Assembly (NCBI RefSeq): GCF_021028975.2
Contig: NC_059438.1
Span: forward strand, 15,376,001 to 15,440,000
DNA length: 64,000 nucleotides
Source of the DNA: Sphaerodactylus townsendi
Lineage: Eukaryota
Direction: 5' to 3'
Part shown: positions 51,701 through 64,000 of the stretch, piece after piece
How positions within the stretch are numbered: the stretch's first letter is position 1
How the letters are laid out: each line of letters opens with the position of its first letter
Notes under the pieces: generated by a model
Told to the model about the DNA's origin: nothing
The model's database searches: none
What the model saw: only the letters and a program-made list of their open reading frames with translations
Position numbers and translations under genes: made by a program

Positions 51701-54700
51701 ATAGTTTTTCATTCCGTTGGTGAACTCTGCTTCCAACATTCATCAGTATTCTAGTGTCACTTCAGTTATCCCCCTCTCCTCTTCCTGTTTGTTGAGAGCC
51801 AGCTTGGTGTGGTGGTTAAGAGCAGGTCGATTCTAATTTGGAGAACTGGGTTTTTATTCCCTACTCTTCCACCTGAGTGGCAGAGGCTTATCTGGTGAAC
51901 CAGATGTGTTTCCGCACTCCTACATTCCTGCTGGGTGACCTTGGGCTAGTCGCAGTTCTCTGTGAACCCTCTCAGCCCCACCTACCTCACCAGGTGTCTG
52001 TTGTGGGGAGAGGAAGGGCAAGGAGCTTGTAAGCCACCTTGAGTCTCCTTACAGGAGAGAAAGGTGGTGTATCAATCCAAACTCTTCTTCTTAAATTTAC
52101 CATGTTCCTGAGGATAGTTGCGTCAGCCCTAGATAATCAGTAGGGTACCTTATTAAGACAACCAGAGTTAGTTACTATGGTTAATGTTGAAGTAAGATTC
52201 AGATGCCTCATTTGGCTGTGAGGTTCACTGGGTGATTTTTGGATCCGTCATTCTTCCTTAGTCTGATCTACCTCAGGTTTGTTGCTTGAGATTGGGACCA
52301 TTTGTGCTGCCTTGGCCACTTTGGAAGAATGGCAGGATAAAGTCATAATAGATAGAGCAAGGCTAATGATTATGCAGGTGTTTCAGGTCCTCCCCCAGAG
52401 CATTCTTGTAAGAAAATGTATGGTAGAGATCTTGTTCAACTGCAGGAAATTGTTATCTACCTGACTTGGTTGTGTTGTATGTGCTTAGCTTTGAAGAACT
52501 CTTTGGACAGCAGTATCACCCATCAACAGGGAATGAAGACAAGTACGAGAGATATCAGTATTCCCAAAAAGGTAAGAGATTATTTTTTTCTGGTGATTAA
52601 GCTATTCCCAACTCTTTTATCAAGGGGGCAATCTCAAAACAATTTTCTTTTATGGCATCCAGTTTTTCGCTTTTCACCTTGTGTCCTAAAATTGGTGTTC
52701 AATGGCAAGTCAGTTAGATTGCACTTCTAGGTCCTGACCAGACATTTGGGAGTTATTAAATGTGTTATGTTGCTTGTAGCGAACATTCTACTAATATGCG
52801 CAGAGAGGAAGCTGTGTATGTAGCCATACCTTGATATATAAATAAACTGGAAGAGAATATTGTTAGTCTTAAAGGTATAGGCTTCCCATTTACCCTGCAC
52901 CCATGGAGGATTATCATCTGCCAACACTGAATTTTGTCTTCCAAGGAACTGAGGAGCAAGAGAAAAATGACCTCTATGTAATGATACTCTAGGGATTTCT
53001 TATAGTGTTTGTGGTAAAGACCATAAAGACTATATGAGATGGCCTGGAACATCACCCGTAAGTGACATCACACCCTCTTCCAGACACCCACTCCCCCAAA
53101 TTTCCTAGCATTTGCCAAAAAACAACAACTGTTGGCAACCCTTTAAAGGTGCTACCAGACTCCTGCTTGTGAATGCATTTAAGTGTCATCCCTGCTCTGC
53201 TAACGACACTTACTACTTCAGTGTGTTTGGGTTTCTTTGTAGATGATGACTTCGCCAAGGATATTCATCGGGAAAAGCTGTACCTGCAGTTCTACCAACA
53301 GATAGAAAAGGAGTTTGATAAAGACAGACCTTCAGACTGTGTCATTGTTTCCATCAGCAAGGATCAAGCGTAGGTTTACTTTTAAAGATGCACGTAAAAG
53401 ATTCTGTCTGAGATAACATAGATGTTTAATTTTTTTGCCTTGAGTGAATGTCACAGGTGCTTGCAGGGTTCTTGCACTTTCTCACCTTAACATTTTCTAG
53501 AGCCGTATAGACCAGTGGGTGGTACCCAAGGCCCAGATTATAAGTGACAGCAACAGACCAGTTGTCATGTGTAAACCATGGTGGTGGGGATGATTTTCAA
53601 GGAGCGAGATCGAACCCTCTCCTGCCTATAGCTTCTTCTCCCCTTCTCACATGTTTCTAGTCCAAATCACTTCAGTGTCTGAGCCTGTTTGGGGAATACA
53701 CCTGGAGTGATGGAGTGGAGGTAGGCAGGTAAGCTTGGTGAGCGGGTTCAGAACCAGTCTTAATGAGAATGGGGCAGAAACACACCTGAAGACTTAACGA
53801 TTACTGCTGTCAAAATGCAGTTGGGACTTAATTCCCGTTGATCATGGTAAATCTTTACAACCAACCCTTGGTGTGATTTCTGCTTCTTGTGATCAGGTTT
53901 TTAATAGGAGGGTCTCTTTAAAGGAGCACTATACAATCTAGGCACAACTTCAGGCTCTTTCTTTGTTTAATTATGAAGCTGTGTATGAAATTGTCCCCAA
54001 TCTATACACCTGCTCCCCGAGCACTTCCTTGAATCTACAAAGTGTCTCCTATTAACTGAAGACTCTGTCCACGTTACATAATAATTACAAATCTCTCCAT
54101 TAAGTACGTTGCTACAGTGTTGAACTTCTTGGACAACTTTATAAGATGACTTTTCCTTGATTTCCCAAACTTTGTAACTTGGATGCATGGCGCTGTTAAG
54201 ATTTTTTTAAAAAGTCTCTTTTAAAACATTGTAAGATGTCAAAATAATGGTCTACAGTTAAATATTCCAAAATCCTGGTCTGGGTTGTTACACATCCGGG
54301 AATAAGGTGTAAAGGCGACGTTCTGGGAGCGCACTTCCATCAGCTAGGCCTTGCCGTCATTGATTAGTCATTGGATTTGTATCCAGACAGAATTGGCAGT
54401 TTCTGTGAGTTTTTGCTTCTGGCTGCAGACCCTGTTCATGACATCCCTTAGACTCCCAGGAGCAATATTTTGTGGAAATCAGGTGACTTTGGGTGGTGGG
54501 GGGTATTCTTGGAAAATGTAGTCTGGCTGCAACCCCATGTTTATATAGTAGACACGCTAAGAACTTCTATCCTAGCTAGGTTTCAGCATTTAACTTGCGC
54601 TCCACAGTGCCTCATAAATAGTTTTTATTTCCTTACAGTATTCCTAAAACAAAATGCATACTTGTAGTACACATACACAAAGCTCCTTATTTAAAGTTTT

Positions 54701-57700
54701 CCTATTTTAACTTCTTCTTTTTTTAAAAACAGCAGGATAACTTTGTTTTCCTTGATGATCTTACAATACAAAAATGCCCCCAGTTCAAGATAGATTTGAT
54801 ACTACTACTTTGGTTAAACAGTGAAAGTTTTGGGGGGAAAGTGACTCGGGCCCTTTTCGTTTTGTTGTTCCTCTCTGAATCTTCAGTCTGTGGTGGTGTT
54901 GGCTTTAACCGCAGCTTCTTAATTTGCATTCTCAAGTTGTTTCCTCCCGAAAGCTCTTACTGATTCTCAGGCTCAGTACCTTCTGTAGCACACGTTCTGT
55001 TGCTTGCAGTCTCGGCAAAAAACACTGTAATTTTTGCCCTGGGCCTTTGCTAACGAGTCGGCAACATAACCTGGACACGTGACGGTACACACACTTGATA
55101 TAAGCACAGTTGGTGTGTTCTTTTTACTGACTAGACCCCAGATTGCCACCACTAAAATAATGTTTTATTAGAATAAATATTTAGGTGGGCTTTTTTAAAG
55201 TAAAGGATTTCCACATTAATAACCTCTGGCAACTTTCTGTCTGATAAGAAGTGGTGGGCATGTTTCTGCCCCTTTTAGCCGTCTGCTCATCAGCATACCC
55301 TGATCTTGAGTGTACATTTAGAGCTAGATGCCCTGGAAATGCCACTCGGTTGGCCTGGTTTCTTCAGTCTTCTAAGATGTAGCCCCTGTTTGCCCCCTCT
55401 TTCTTTCTAGTTGTGCAACCACCTATGCTTTTTAATCTAAAACAGTCATTCCTGCCATAAATCCCATTAAATGCTTTAGTCCAAATGGTAATAAAACACC
55501 TTGCAGTCTCAACTATTCACCCTTCAGAACCAGGCGAGGTTAATGCATGTCTTTGAAGCCTTCTTGATCTTCAGAATGGGTATCTAGCGTGATACTTCAC
55601 AGACACGGGTTTTAGCATCTCAGAAGCAAAGTGGGAGATCTCTGTTAAATTGCATTAATATACTGTGGGGGGTTTTTGGGGGGGGGGGAAGTCCTGAAAG
55701 AAGTCAACTCTGCCAGTTATTTAATTTTATTCATTTAATTTATTTAAAACTGTTTAAAATTTATTTAAAACTCAGGGGCCGGGGGTACTTGTGGCAGAGA
55801 ACATCATCTTATAAGTTTAATGGCTGCTTTTGTGAGCCATCGAACACAACTAACTTGGGCATTTTTGCCCACCCAACTGTACCTTTTTATCTTTACAGGT
55901 TAAAAGGAAGCTTTTCAAATTGTATTTCTATTCATAGCTAGTGGTAGGATGACCCTGGAAGTGGAGTTTCTATGTTACAAGTCCATAACATGAAAAAAAA
56001 TCCATGCTTCAGTGCCGGGACCATAACCTCTAGCCAACATTTCCTTCGCTACCTTGAAATTTAATTCTTCCTGTCCAAAACCCTTCATTCATTATCTTTT
56101 GAATTTTTTTTTAGTTTGGTTTTTAAAATGCATGTTAAAATTCTAGAACAGAGAGGAAACTTGTATTTGTATACATGCTTTCACATGCCTGCTTCCTAGA
56201 AAACAACAACACAAAAATGTGTTCTTATATGAGCATCCACACTTTAAAGTGTTTCCTGTCTGTAGATAAACCTAACTGCAAAACTGTTGTTCACCAATAC
56301 ATATATGAGGCTTTATGCTGGCAGGAAGTTCTCTTGAAGTTACCTTTGAGATTAAAATAAGAATCGGTGTGTGCCGCTTAGCAATGGTTCTGTATGCAAA
56401 ACCTCCAGGAAAATAATACCTATCTAGCCGAATCCAGGATTCCATAAAATGCTGTTTCAAAGTAATCTCTAAAGCCAGCAAGGGCTTCACCATATGTTTT
56501 TGGTATGATGGTCACTTCTGGGGTTCCGCGTTTGGAAACACAAAAGGGGGTGGGTTCCTTTTTATTTTCAAAGTTCCTTCACCGTTTCCACGCCTGCGCT
56601 TCGGTTGGGGAAAACTCCGGCTTGCGTTGAAGCCATTCGTGTTCTGTGAAGCTCGTGTTCACATGCACAATTGCTGATTTAGTGCCAAGTCATGAAATCC
56701 TGCAAGCCTGACCCCATCACTCTTGCCGTTTTGAAGGGGACAGCTGAATTCCAAAGACACCCAGTTGTTAGACCTGTGCCACTTCATGTAACACAGCTAC
56801 CCTGGTACTCTGAAATCTCCTCGTGTCACTCAGAATGCCAGCAACGTAGAAGGTTGCACATCTCTCTCTCTCTCTCTTTAATTTGTAAAGTAACCTGCTT
56901 CTTTTTTTTCTCCTTCAAGGGAATACTCAACAGCCATAGGCCATCGGTTGCAGGATCATGGCCTTGTGGTGGAAATGATATACCTTACATCTGAATCAGG
57001 TCTCACACGTGCCCTCCAAGAAGTTAAAAATGATGGTTCCCCATTTTGCGTTCTTGTTGAGCCATCCAATGTAGCACTTTGCTCTTGCACCGTAATCATG
57101 CTTCATCAGTCTATCAAAAGTAAGTTTAGCTTCAAGCCACCTCCCCATTCATTAAAAAAAATGCTACCTAGATCTTTTTTCTCACCATCACGAAGATTAA
57201 AACTTGTCACAATTTGGGATAATATTTCTGGCCGAAAATTAAAATTCCCCGAAAATACATGGCTGCGACAGCAGAACCAACAAATGGCGTTTCATTAAAA
57301 GATTCATGCAATCGTTATTTTTCTACATGTAGGGAATTGGATTATTCACTGAGCTTAAAAAAAAAATTCCCAGTCTAACTTCCACTTTGAATTCTTAGCG
57401 ATATTCCTTTTCTCTTTGGGAACGATTTATAAAATTGTTCCAAGTATGAAATTAGCATTATAAACGAATGAGCACATGCAAGAGTGATCTCTTAAAGATT
57501 GTATATATTTTTTTCAAACTAAATCACATACTACACTTACCAGTATCAAATATATTTGTAGTGAACCACGAACATATAACATCCGCTTAAAACCGGAACG
57601 TCAACGTTAGAGGAGTTTGGTTTTTAACTTCACAGTAGAATGATGCAAAAACCACAGGGTTTATTTTTTTTCCTTTGCCTTGATATAACATTTTGAAAAG

Positions 57701-60130
57701 CAAAGTATCTCTCTTCTCCGTAGTACACCGTAATATGCCCATGGAGGATGCATTGGCTCTGATAGCTAAAGAGTTTGAGAAAATTTTTGTGGAGCGCGAA
57801 CAACAGGAACGCACAGAGATCTCACACAAAGCAGCTGATCTGGCGGATGACTACCTAGAACGGGAGCTCTTTGAGCGTTACCATGTGCCGCTAGGCATTA
57901 GACACCTCCTCTTTCTGATAAGTGAGGGCAAACATTTATTTCTGGAAGAATTGAATGCAATAAGTGACTACCTGAAGACCAGGAGAAATAAGCTTGAAGG
58001 TATTCGTGATTTTTCCCTCCAGTCTCTTCCCCCAGAACATGCCTTTTAATCCCACCATTTCAAACCCATGCTTGATATTTAAAAGTGGCAACATCTGTCA
58101 TGTGACAGTAAAAAACCTTGTTATCTGTCAAATGTCCTTTAAATATAAAACATTTCTTAAAATCAACTTAATTGAGGCTCGGACACGTAGTTCTCATGGG
58201 CAATATTTCCCATGGGTCTAACCTGGGTATGTGGCTTTTAGAGTGGAGCTGTGGACCACATACATATACATTCACTCACACACTTCTTTCAATGTGCTCA
58301 ACGCCACTTTCATGTGAACTGCTCATCTTTACCTGGTCATCCTTACTAGAGCTCTCTCCTATCAAAGAGGATACTAACTGATGTGTAGAATCATTGGCCC
58401 TGTTCACACAACCATGGAGTGGGGGGGAGGGAATCCCGTCCCTTTTTGCGTGATACATTTCATTGCAATTTGTGGGAGTGCAAACAGTTTCAGTCGCTGC
58501 AAAAAGCAGCGGCAGGACATTCCCACACTTCAGTGGCTCAGGGGAGCCATGACCCCACAGTGGGTTAGCGGGAAGCCATGATCCGCACACAGATCAGTAG
58601 ATGAAAACCCTTGGGGTGTCCCAACGTCCTGAAGAGAAACCACTTCCTCTTTCCCCTGCCTTTCCCCCTGATAACAATCATGCTACATACCAAAAGCCAC
58701 CACGGTCATATCTTAAAAAGTTAGATTAAGCAAAATCTCGCACTCGGGAAGGCAGTGGCCAATTTCGGCAGCTGCTTGTCGTATTTCTGCCAACCGGATA
58801 AAGGAAGCCAAGAAATCTTGGCTGCTTAAAACGAATCATATCCCTTCTGCCCATCAAACTAGAGTCCTATAAAAGGTAAAGTTTCCCCTTCAGTCGTGTC
58901 CGACCCTGGGGTACCACTGCGAGCATTGATTTCATAGGCAAGCCATTTTTGTGGGGTAGTTTGCCATTGCTTTCCCCGGCTATTCTTTACCCCCTAGCTA
59001 TGTGCTAGGTATTCATTTACCGACCAAGGAATGGATGGATGGCTGAGTTGACCATGAGCCAGCTGCCAGGATATCTGACCCACAGGGGGCTCGAACTCCT
59101 GACCATGTGAGTGGCAGTGCAAGCACTTAACCATTACACCACGTAGCTACTAAAACAAGATCTTAAAAATTGGCCTGGCCAAAGGAACCACGTGGCTTCA
59201 AAAAAGGACAGCACTCCGAAAAACTCCCGCAAAGCTACCGACCTTTGCCATTAGTTGGTTGTTCTCTGCTGAATTTATCCTGCTGGTTAATTCTAGCAGA
59301 GAATAAAAATGTTCAATGAAAAATTGCTGCAGGCTTTTGAATAATTTCCAAAAGGAAATCTTCCACTTTTACACAAAAGGAGAAATCTGGATTATCCAGC
59401 AAAGTAAAGTGATCTAAATAAGTCAGGGAGATCTGTAAAAAAATAAAAGGAGTAAGTCTCACATGCTTGGATCTGATGTCCTTGAATCTGGAGCAGTAAC
59501 AATAATTGGTGGGCCAAAGATTCAACCGAGCCCTGCTGGCTAATTCTCGGTTCTTCTAAACCAGGCTTCGTTCCAGAAACCATTCCTTTAGTACCTGCCG
59601 TCGAAGATGCCGTCTTCCCACCAAGTGCCAGGCCCAGCACTAGCGCCCTCCCGCCTACTCTGAGTAAACCTCCACCTCTTCTTCCAACGCCTGGCCGGAA
59701 TTCGGTGATGGGCCAGTCTGCCGTCGTACCTCCAGCTAAGTCTGCTTTGTTGGGTGAGAGGCCATTGGGGGGTCTTCTTCCAACACCAGGTTGGTAAACC
59801 TAGGTTTTGATTGATTGCTTTAAAAAAACCCCTATGAAACGGTGTGATGTTTGTTTTGTTGGAATGAGCCGTTCTCATTTTCAGTCCTTTAGGAGCAGCT
59901 TAGACTGCAAGGCTGTTGTTCACCTTTGCCGAACAATTCCAGCCTTGATTTAGCACCAACTAATTTCCCCTTTCTTTCTTTTTTCCTGGCCAGGTCCTAA
60001 AGGGAAGCCACCACCTCTTCTAACACAGTCTGCTAAGAGACCAGTTGTCTTGGGTCCTTCGTCACACCTGCCTGCAAAGCGGCCCCTGCTTGGGAGACCT
60101 GGTCTGCTGCCCACACCAGGTATGGTCTGA
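45773..60130 (+). CDS. Nuclear receptor coactivator 5-like protein (NCOA5 paralogue), about 406 aa
   Basis: Phase-consistent exons: 45773-45831 (MASWVKVTTDQAPAPVAEK), 50105-50137, 51342-51422, 52489-52571, 53243-53369 (REKLYLQFYQQIEKEFDKDRPSDCVIVSISK), 56920-57119 (EYSTAIGHRLQDHGLVVEMIYL...GSPFCVLV...SCTVIML), 57724-57999 (HRNMPMEDALALIAKEFE...ISDYLKTRRNKLE), 59565-59789, 59994-60130 (stop; may instead splice onward at 60119). The core aligns by eye with NCOA5 REELYRQYFEEIQRRFDAERPVDC...HRNMPQADAMVLVAR. The first four exons are supported only by splice signals and phase. Confidence 0.85.
47542..47850 (+). mobile_element. tRNA-derived SINE (Squam3-like)
   Basis: Close match to the 23304 copy. 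Confidence 0.85.
48613..48862. mobile_element. Tc1/mariner-superfamily MITE
   Basis: 24-bp TIR ccgtgtttccccgaaaataagaca (1 mismatch), TA flanks, internal repeats of tcttattttcaggggatgtcttatt. Confidence 0.85.
49295..49480. mobile_element. SPIN/URR1-like hAT MITE, 186 bp
   Basis: Close match to the 13797 copy; TSD atttaggt / atttgggt. Confidence 0.9.
50185..50640 (-). mobile_element. L2-like LINE 3' fragment
   Basis: (TTTG)n tail; minus strand translates ARAFSALAPAWWN, like the L2 ORF2 C-terminus. Confidence 0.7.
51797..52092 (+). mobile_element. tRNA-derived SINE (Squam3-like)
   Basis: gagccagcttggtgtggtggttaagagc head, ctcttcttct tail. Confidence 0.85.
58870..59146 (-). mobile_element. 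Sauria-type SINE
   Basis: aaaggtaaag tail on the left, tRNA-like head (ctcgaactc...ttaaccattacacc) on the right, central cattTaccgacc...ggctgagt motif. Confidence 0.75.
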
Positions 60131-60539
60131 TCAAGCAATCTGATCGGGGTGGTGGGCCCGTCTGGGTTTGCGCGTCACAAAGCAGTGCAACCACCCGTCC
60201 ACCAGCATATTTGCTCTCTCTTCCGGCATCGGTGGGCACAAGGCCACGCCGTTCCCACAACCCATTTCAACCCTCTTCCCTCTGGATTGGGTTGTAAGGG
60301 TCAAAGTCCTGTTCAGAACACGCTGACTTCATTTCTCTTTCACTGCTTCAGTTCTTTCTCCTCAGCGGAGACCCAAAGCAACGTTCCTGTGAGGTAGATT
60401 AGGCTGAGAGTACGCATGGTCTAATTTTACCTCGTGAACTTCCTTGCAGGAGTGGGGATTTGAACCTCGACAGACCCAGATTCATTTGGCCCCTCTAACT
60501 GGGACATGACAGAGTAGGCAGCTTATCAGCGGAAAGGTG

Positions 60540-60850
60540 CGTTACTAGAGTAAGATAAGCGCAGCTGTAGACGGCTTGGCACAGCACAAGAACAACTCCA
60601 CACCACACAGCAGTTTCACTTCAAAGAAGGTTTTAACTTGTTGGTGCAGGTTATATACAGTGAAACAAATGAACAATCCGGCAGCATGCCTCGCAGCAAC
60701 TAAGAAACCCTAACGGACACTGTACAATGAATGTGCTCTGTCTATATACTATCACTGACCAATCCACTGTAGAAGAGTCACTGTACTGGGATCAAACTGG
60801 TTTTGGTTCACAGTTGCATCAAGGTTTTACCTAACTGACTTTGGATGACA
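60540..60850 (-). mobile_element. Probable solo LTR
   Basis: Ends ...tgaca and is flanked by direct repeat ggtg(c) at 60536 and 60851; TATA-like and CCAAT motifs inside. Confidence 0.45.
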
Positions 60851-61379
60851 GGTGCTTGTCATTTAAGGAATTACCATGATCTAGTGCACAAGATGCAACA
60901 CCATATATTATTTTTTCTTTTCCCTAGACAGGACGGCATCCAACTTGACGCCAGAGAGTTGCGCACCCTTTCTGGAGTTTCTCAACGGGCTCAGATTTGG
61001 CCTTCTAACCCCATTAACTTTAGTGGACTTACAAGTGTGTAACTCTGCTTGGGGTGGCACCTATTTGAGATGAATCTGTTTGAGATGAATCTGTTTTGAG
61101 ATGAATCCCAGGAGCCAGTTGATTTCCTAAAGAAACCTTTATGAAACGTGTACTAGTTTGAGATCAAAAATCTACTGTCCTTTGACGGACGCTTTCCCTT
61201 GAGGTGGTCAGAGTGTTGGGATAGAGTGGCTTGATGGTCCAGGAAAAAGACTCTTGGACTGAGCCCTGTTGCCTGCCTGTTTTGAGCATTGTATTTGCAT
61301 CTGTCGGCCAGACTTTCGTACATCAGGGTCTCTCAGACATAACGGCACTAGAATCATCTAGGCCCGTAATTGCAACAGG

Positions 61380-63545
61380 GGGCAGGGCATGCGGTAAGCA
61401 CTCCAGAGAAGGGAGCCTACGTGTCCCTGGGTAGCCAAACGGCTGGCCTTACCACCTGGCAATTGGCGCGCTGATGCGGGTGGGCATTAAGGTGGAGCAA
61501 GCTACCTATATAAGGCAGCACGCAGTGGCATCGGCCTCTTTTGAGGCTCCTTTCCGAGGCAAACTAAGCATTGACCTAGTGGGCTAGTGTGCAGATGACG
61601 TGGAAAATGCGGGGTGGGCGTTTGGCCCGGCAAGTCGCTAGGAGTGTGGAGCAGGAGGCACCTTCCCTCATGCGGGGTGAGGATGACTCTTTGGCCCCCT
61701 TTGGAAGCAGCGTAGGGTATGATAGGCCCTCCGTTCTGGCGCGAGGGATCTCGCCCTGTTTGCCACAGAGTGAGATTCTACGGCTTGGGGACGGGTGCAA
61801 CTGGGCCCCTAGACTCCAGACAGAGTGGTTGCCCGTTGACGCTTCAGTTTCGAACCATCAGGGGCGAGAGGAGGTCTGGTTTGGGTGGTGGCCGGAGGCA
61901 GGATGCTCAATCGAGCCTTCCTCCTGAACCTTGGAGGCTCCCAGCCCAGATCAGGAGCACGGCTGTGCAGACCTGCTAGTCTCCGGATTACCCCTAACGG
62001 GGTACGAGGAACGTGGGCTTTTGTCGGCAGTCTCTCGCAGCAAGGTGCCCGCCATAATTGATGCGTTGGTGGGGACCTCCCTCTTCCCCTGCCACTTTGC
62101 CCAGAGCTATTGGAAACATCCCAGGACTCACGACATGGGTTAGTTGACTCGACAACCTTGGAGGGGATTGGGCCCAGTCCGGTTTTACCGCCTCGACCAG
62201 GGGAGCCACCTCCCGACCGGGAGTGTGGGACGGCACGCATCTTGGATTACTTTTTTCAACCAAGGGAGTTGCTTGTTCTGGCTCCGGTTTGCCCTTACAT
62301 GGTGCCGGCCCCCTTGAGTCGGTCGAGTTCCACCCCCCTCGCGGAGGGAGTGTCGTCCAGGCCAACAAAGGGGCAGTGGACGTGGGAAACCTTCCTACAC
62401 CCGGGGTTATGCCACAGCCTCGTTTTGATTGAGAGTCTGGGGAGCTGGTGGGCCGGGGCCAAATGGCTCCTGGACAGGGCGATGGGCCACCTGCCGATTG
62501 AACCGGTGGGACGAGTCCTTGGAGGTTAATCCGTGATCGGCAGCCCGCTGGGAAGTGTGTGCTGGCGAAACTAAGCTCAGCTTTGGCCGGGCATGGCTCC
62601 AGGCTGCCCAATCCCAGCACTTTCCCTGCTTTTGGTGAGGTACCTGCCTCACCAATCAGGGGTGTAGTTTGGGGCGTAAAGGCGAGCCCCGGGTGCACCG
62701 ATGGAAAGTGGGGATTCGGCTCCAATGGTGACTGTCCCCTCCTTAACGCTGTTGTACAAGGCCCGAGGATAGTTGAGGGGTTGGCGATTAGGACGCTGCC
62801 GGTTGGTCTGCATTCAGGGTGCGTGGATCGGTAGAGGTTTCTTTCTTGGGGTTCCCCCCTCCCCCTGTTTTTTTCTGGGGCCTCTTGGGGCAGACCGGGC
62901 AACGGGCTCAGATTTGGCCACGCACCTTACCCAAGAGCTGTGGCAAAAACTTAGTGCTGATAGTGTGTCTGCTTTGCATGTGGTTGGTCCCAGGTTCAAT
63001 CTCTGATGTCTCCAGTTAAGAAGACCAGGCAGTTTGGAGATTTGCTGCCTATCTGGGTTGACAGTACTAAGAAGTTTCATGCTGAATTTTCCCCCTTTTT
63101 AGCATGGGAGTTGAGCGTTGTTCGGGGGTAGTTAACGGGCACTGTGGCAGGGGCAGTGGGGAGTGGGTGCTCCCCCCCTCTACTTTCCCCTCCTACTTAG
63201 CGTCTCCGCCTTCTGGGCAGGTTGCGTACGCTCTCCACGGGGAAGCACAGAGGTTAGTACACGGGAGTTCATCAATTCGTCCCTTGGGGGTTTGGCATGG
63301 TTGTCGCCTACTGGCAGACCGGGGTCGGCAGGTCAGAGGCAGGCGGTGTGTGTTGAGGTTGGACCTGGCAAGGTGTGGCCGCTAGTTTTTCAGTGTGGGA
63401 TAGGGCCCCCCCTTGGACGAAGGCTGCCCGGCTGAGATTATGCGCTCCTCTTGATCGGTCAACTTCGTTTTAAGTATTTATGTAAATAAAAAGGGCTGCG
63501 GCCCTCTTCCAAATCCAAGTCATGTCTGTGATTATTCTGGTGGCC
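61380..63545 (+). mobile_element. GC-rich degenerate retroelement-like block (possibly non-autonomous DIRS-type or LTR)
   Basis: Abrupt GC/CpG rise; TATATAA at about 61507, AATAAA at about 63486; no recognisable protein domain; SINE fragment inserted at about 62935-63080. Confidence 0.35.
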
Positions 63546-63631
63546 TCTGCACATCTGGCCGCAATTGGATTTTTGAATGTAATGGTAGAAACTTTCATCA
63601 AGTTGCTGTCGAATTACTGCAGTCCGTAAGG

Positions 63632-63765
63632 CAGTGATGACGAACCTTTTCGAGACGGAGTGCCCAAATTGCAACCCCAAATCAACTTATTTATCGCAAA
63701 GTGCCCATACAGCAATTTAACCTGAATACTGAGGTTTTAGTTTAGAAGAAACGGTTGGCTCCGAG
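63632..63765. mobile_element. hAT MITE end, same family as 736-1173
   Basis: Reverse-complement match to about 1042-1173, starting cagtgatgacgaacctt. Confidence 0.75.
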
Positions 63766-64000
63766 GTGTGTGTTACTTGGGAGTAAGCTTGGTGGAGCAA
63801 CCGTGCCACGCTTCAAACAGGTGACTCACGACCCTAGGAGGGTTGACTCAGAAACAAGCCCCATTGCCAGCAACTGAGCTTATTCCCAGGTAAAGGATCT
63901 TGACTTCCCACAAAAATGCAACAGGGACAAAAAAATAAAAGCAGTTCTAGCAAAGACCTTGGTGTGCTTTTAAAAAAATCCTAAATGCATCTCGGTTCCT

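Noticed and set aside
61994-62902. Longest ORF in the track (302 aa, minus strand)
   Set aside because: Pro/Gly-rich with no recognisable domain, in GC-rich sequence where several frames are open.

Overview
Vertebrate genomic DNA, almost certainly from a squamate and probably a gecko, judged from its SINE, hAT MITE, CR1, RTE and L2 content. It corresponds to the human 16q12.1 block CNEP1R1-HEATR3-TENT4B. The minus strand carries TENT4B/PAPD5 coding exons 2-12 with a long 3'UTR (about 4.0-19.6 kb), HEATR3 exons 1-10 (22.4-30.0 kb), and a complete 125-aa CNEP1R1 with a U12-type intron (33.5-38.6 kb). The plus strand carries an intact, divergent NCOA5-like paralogue (45.8-60.1 kb) behind a CpG-island promoter with a duplicated RFX X-box. 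The main anomaly is that the last HEATR3 exons and TENT4B exon 1 with its promoter are missing, with no N-gap at that position. HEATR3 exon 10 and TENT4B exon 2 lie 2.8 kb apart in compatible phase, predicting a 954-aa HEATR3-TENT4B chimeric ORF. The join maps to a 148-bp palindromic hAT MITE whose two flanks have different target sites and different host repeats. This is either a MITE-mediated deletion/fusion allele or an assembly collapse, and reads are needed to decide. Exon boundaries were read by hand and gene names rest on recalled human protein sequences; no database search was run.
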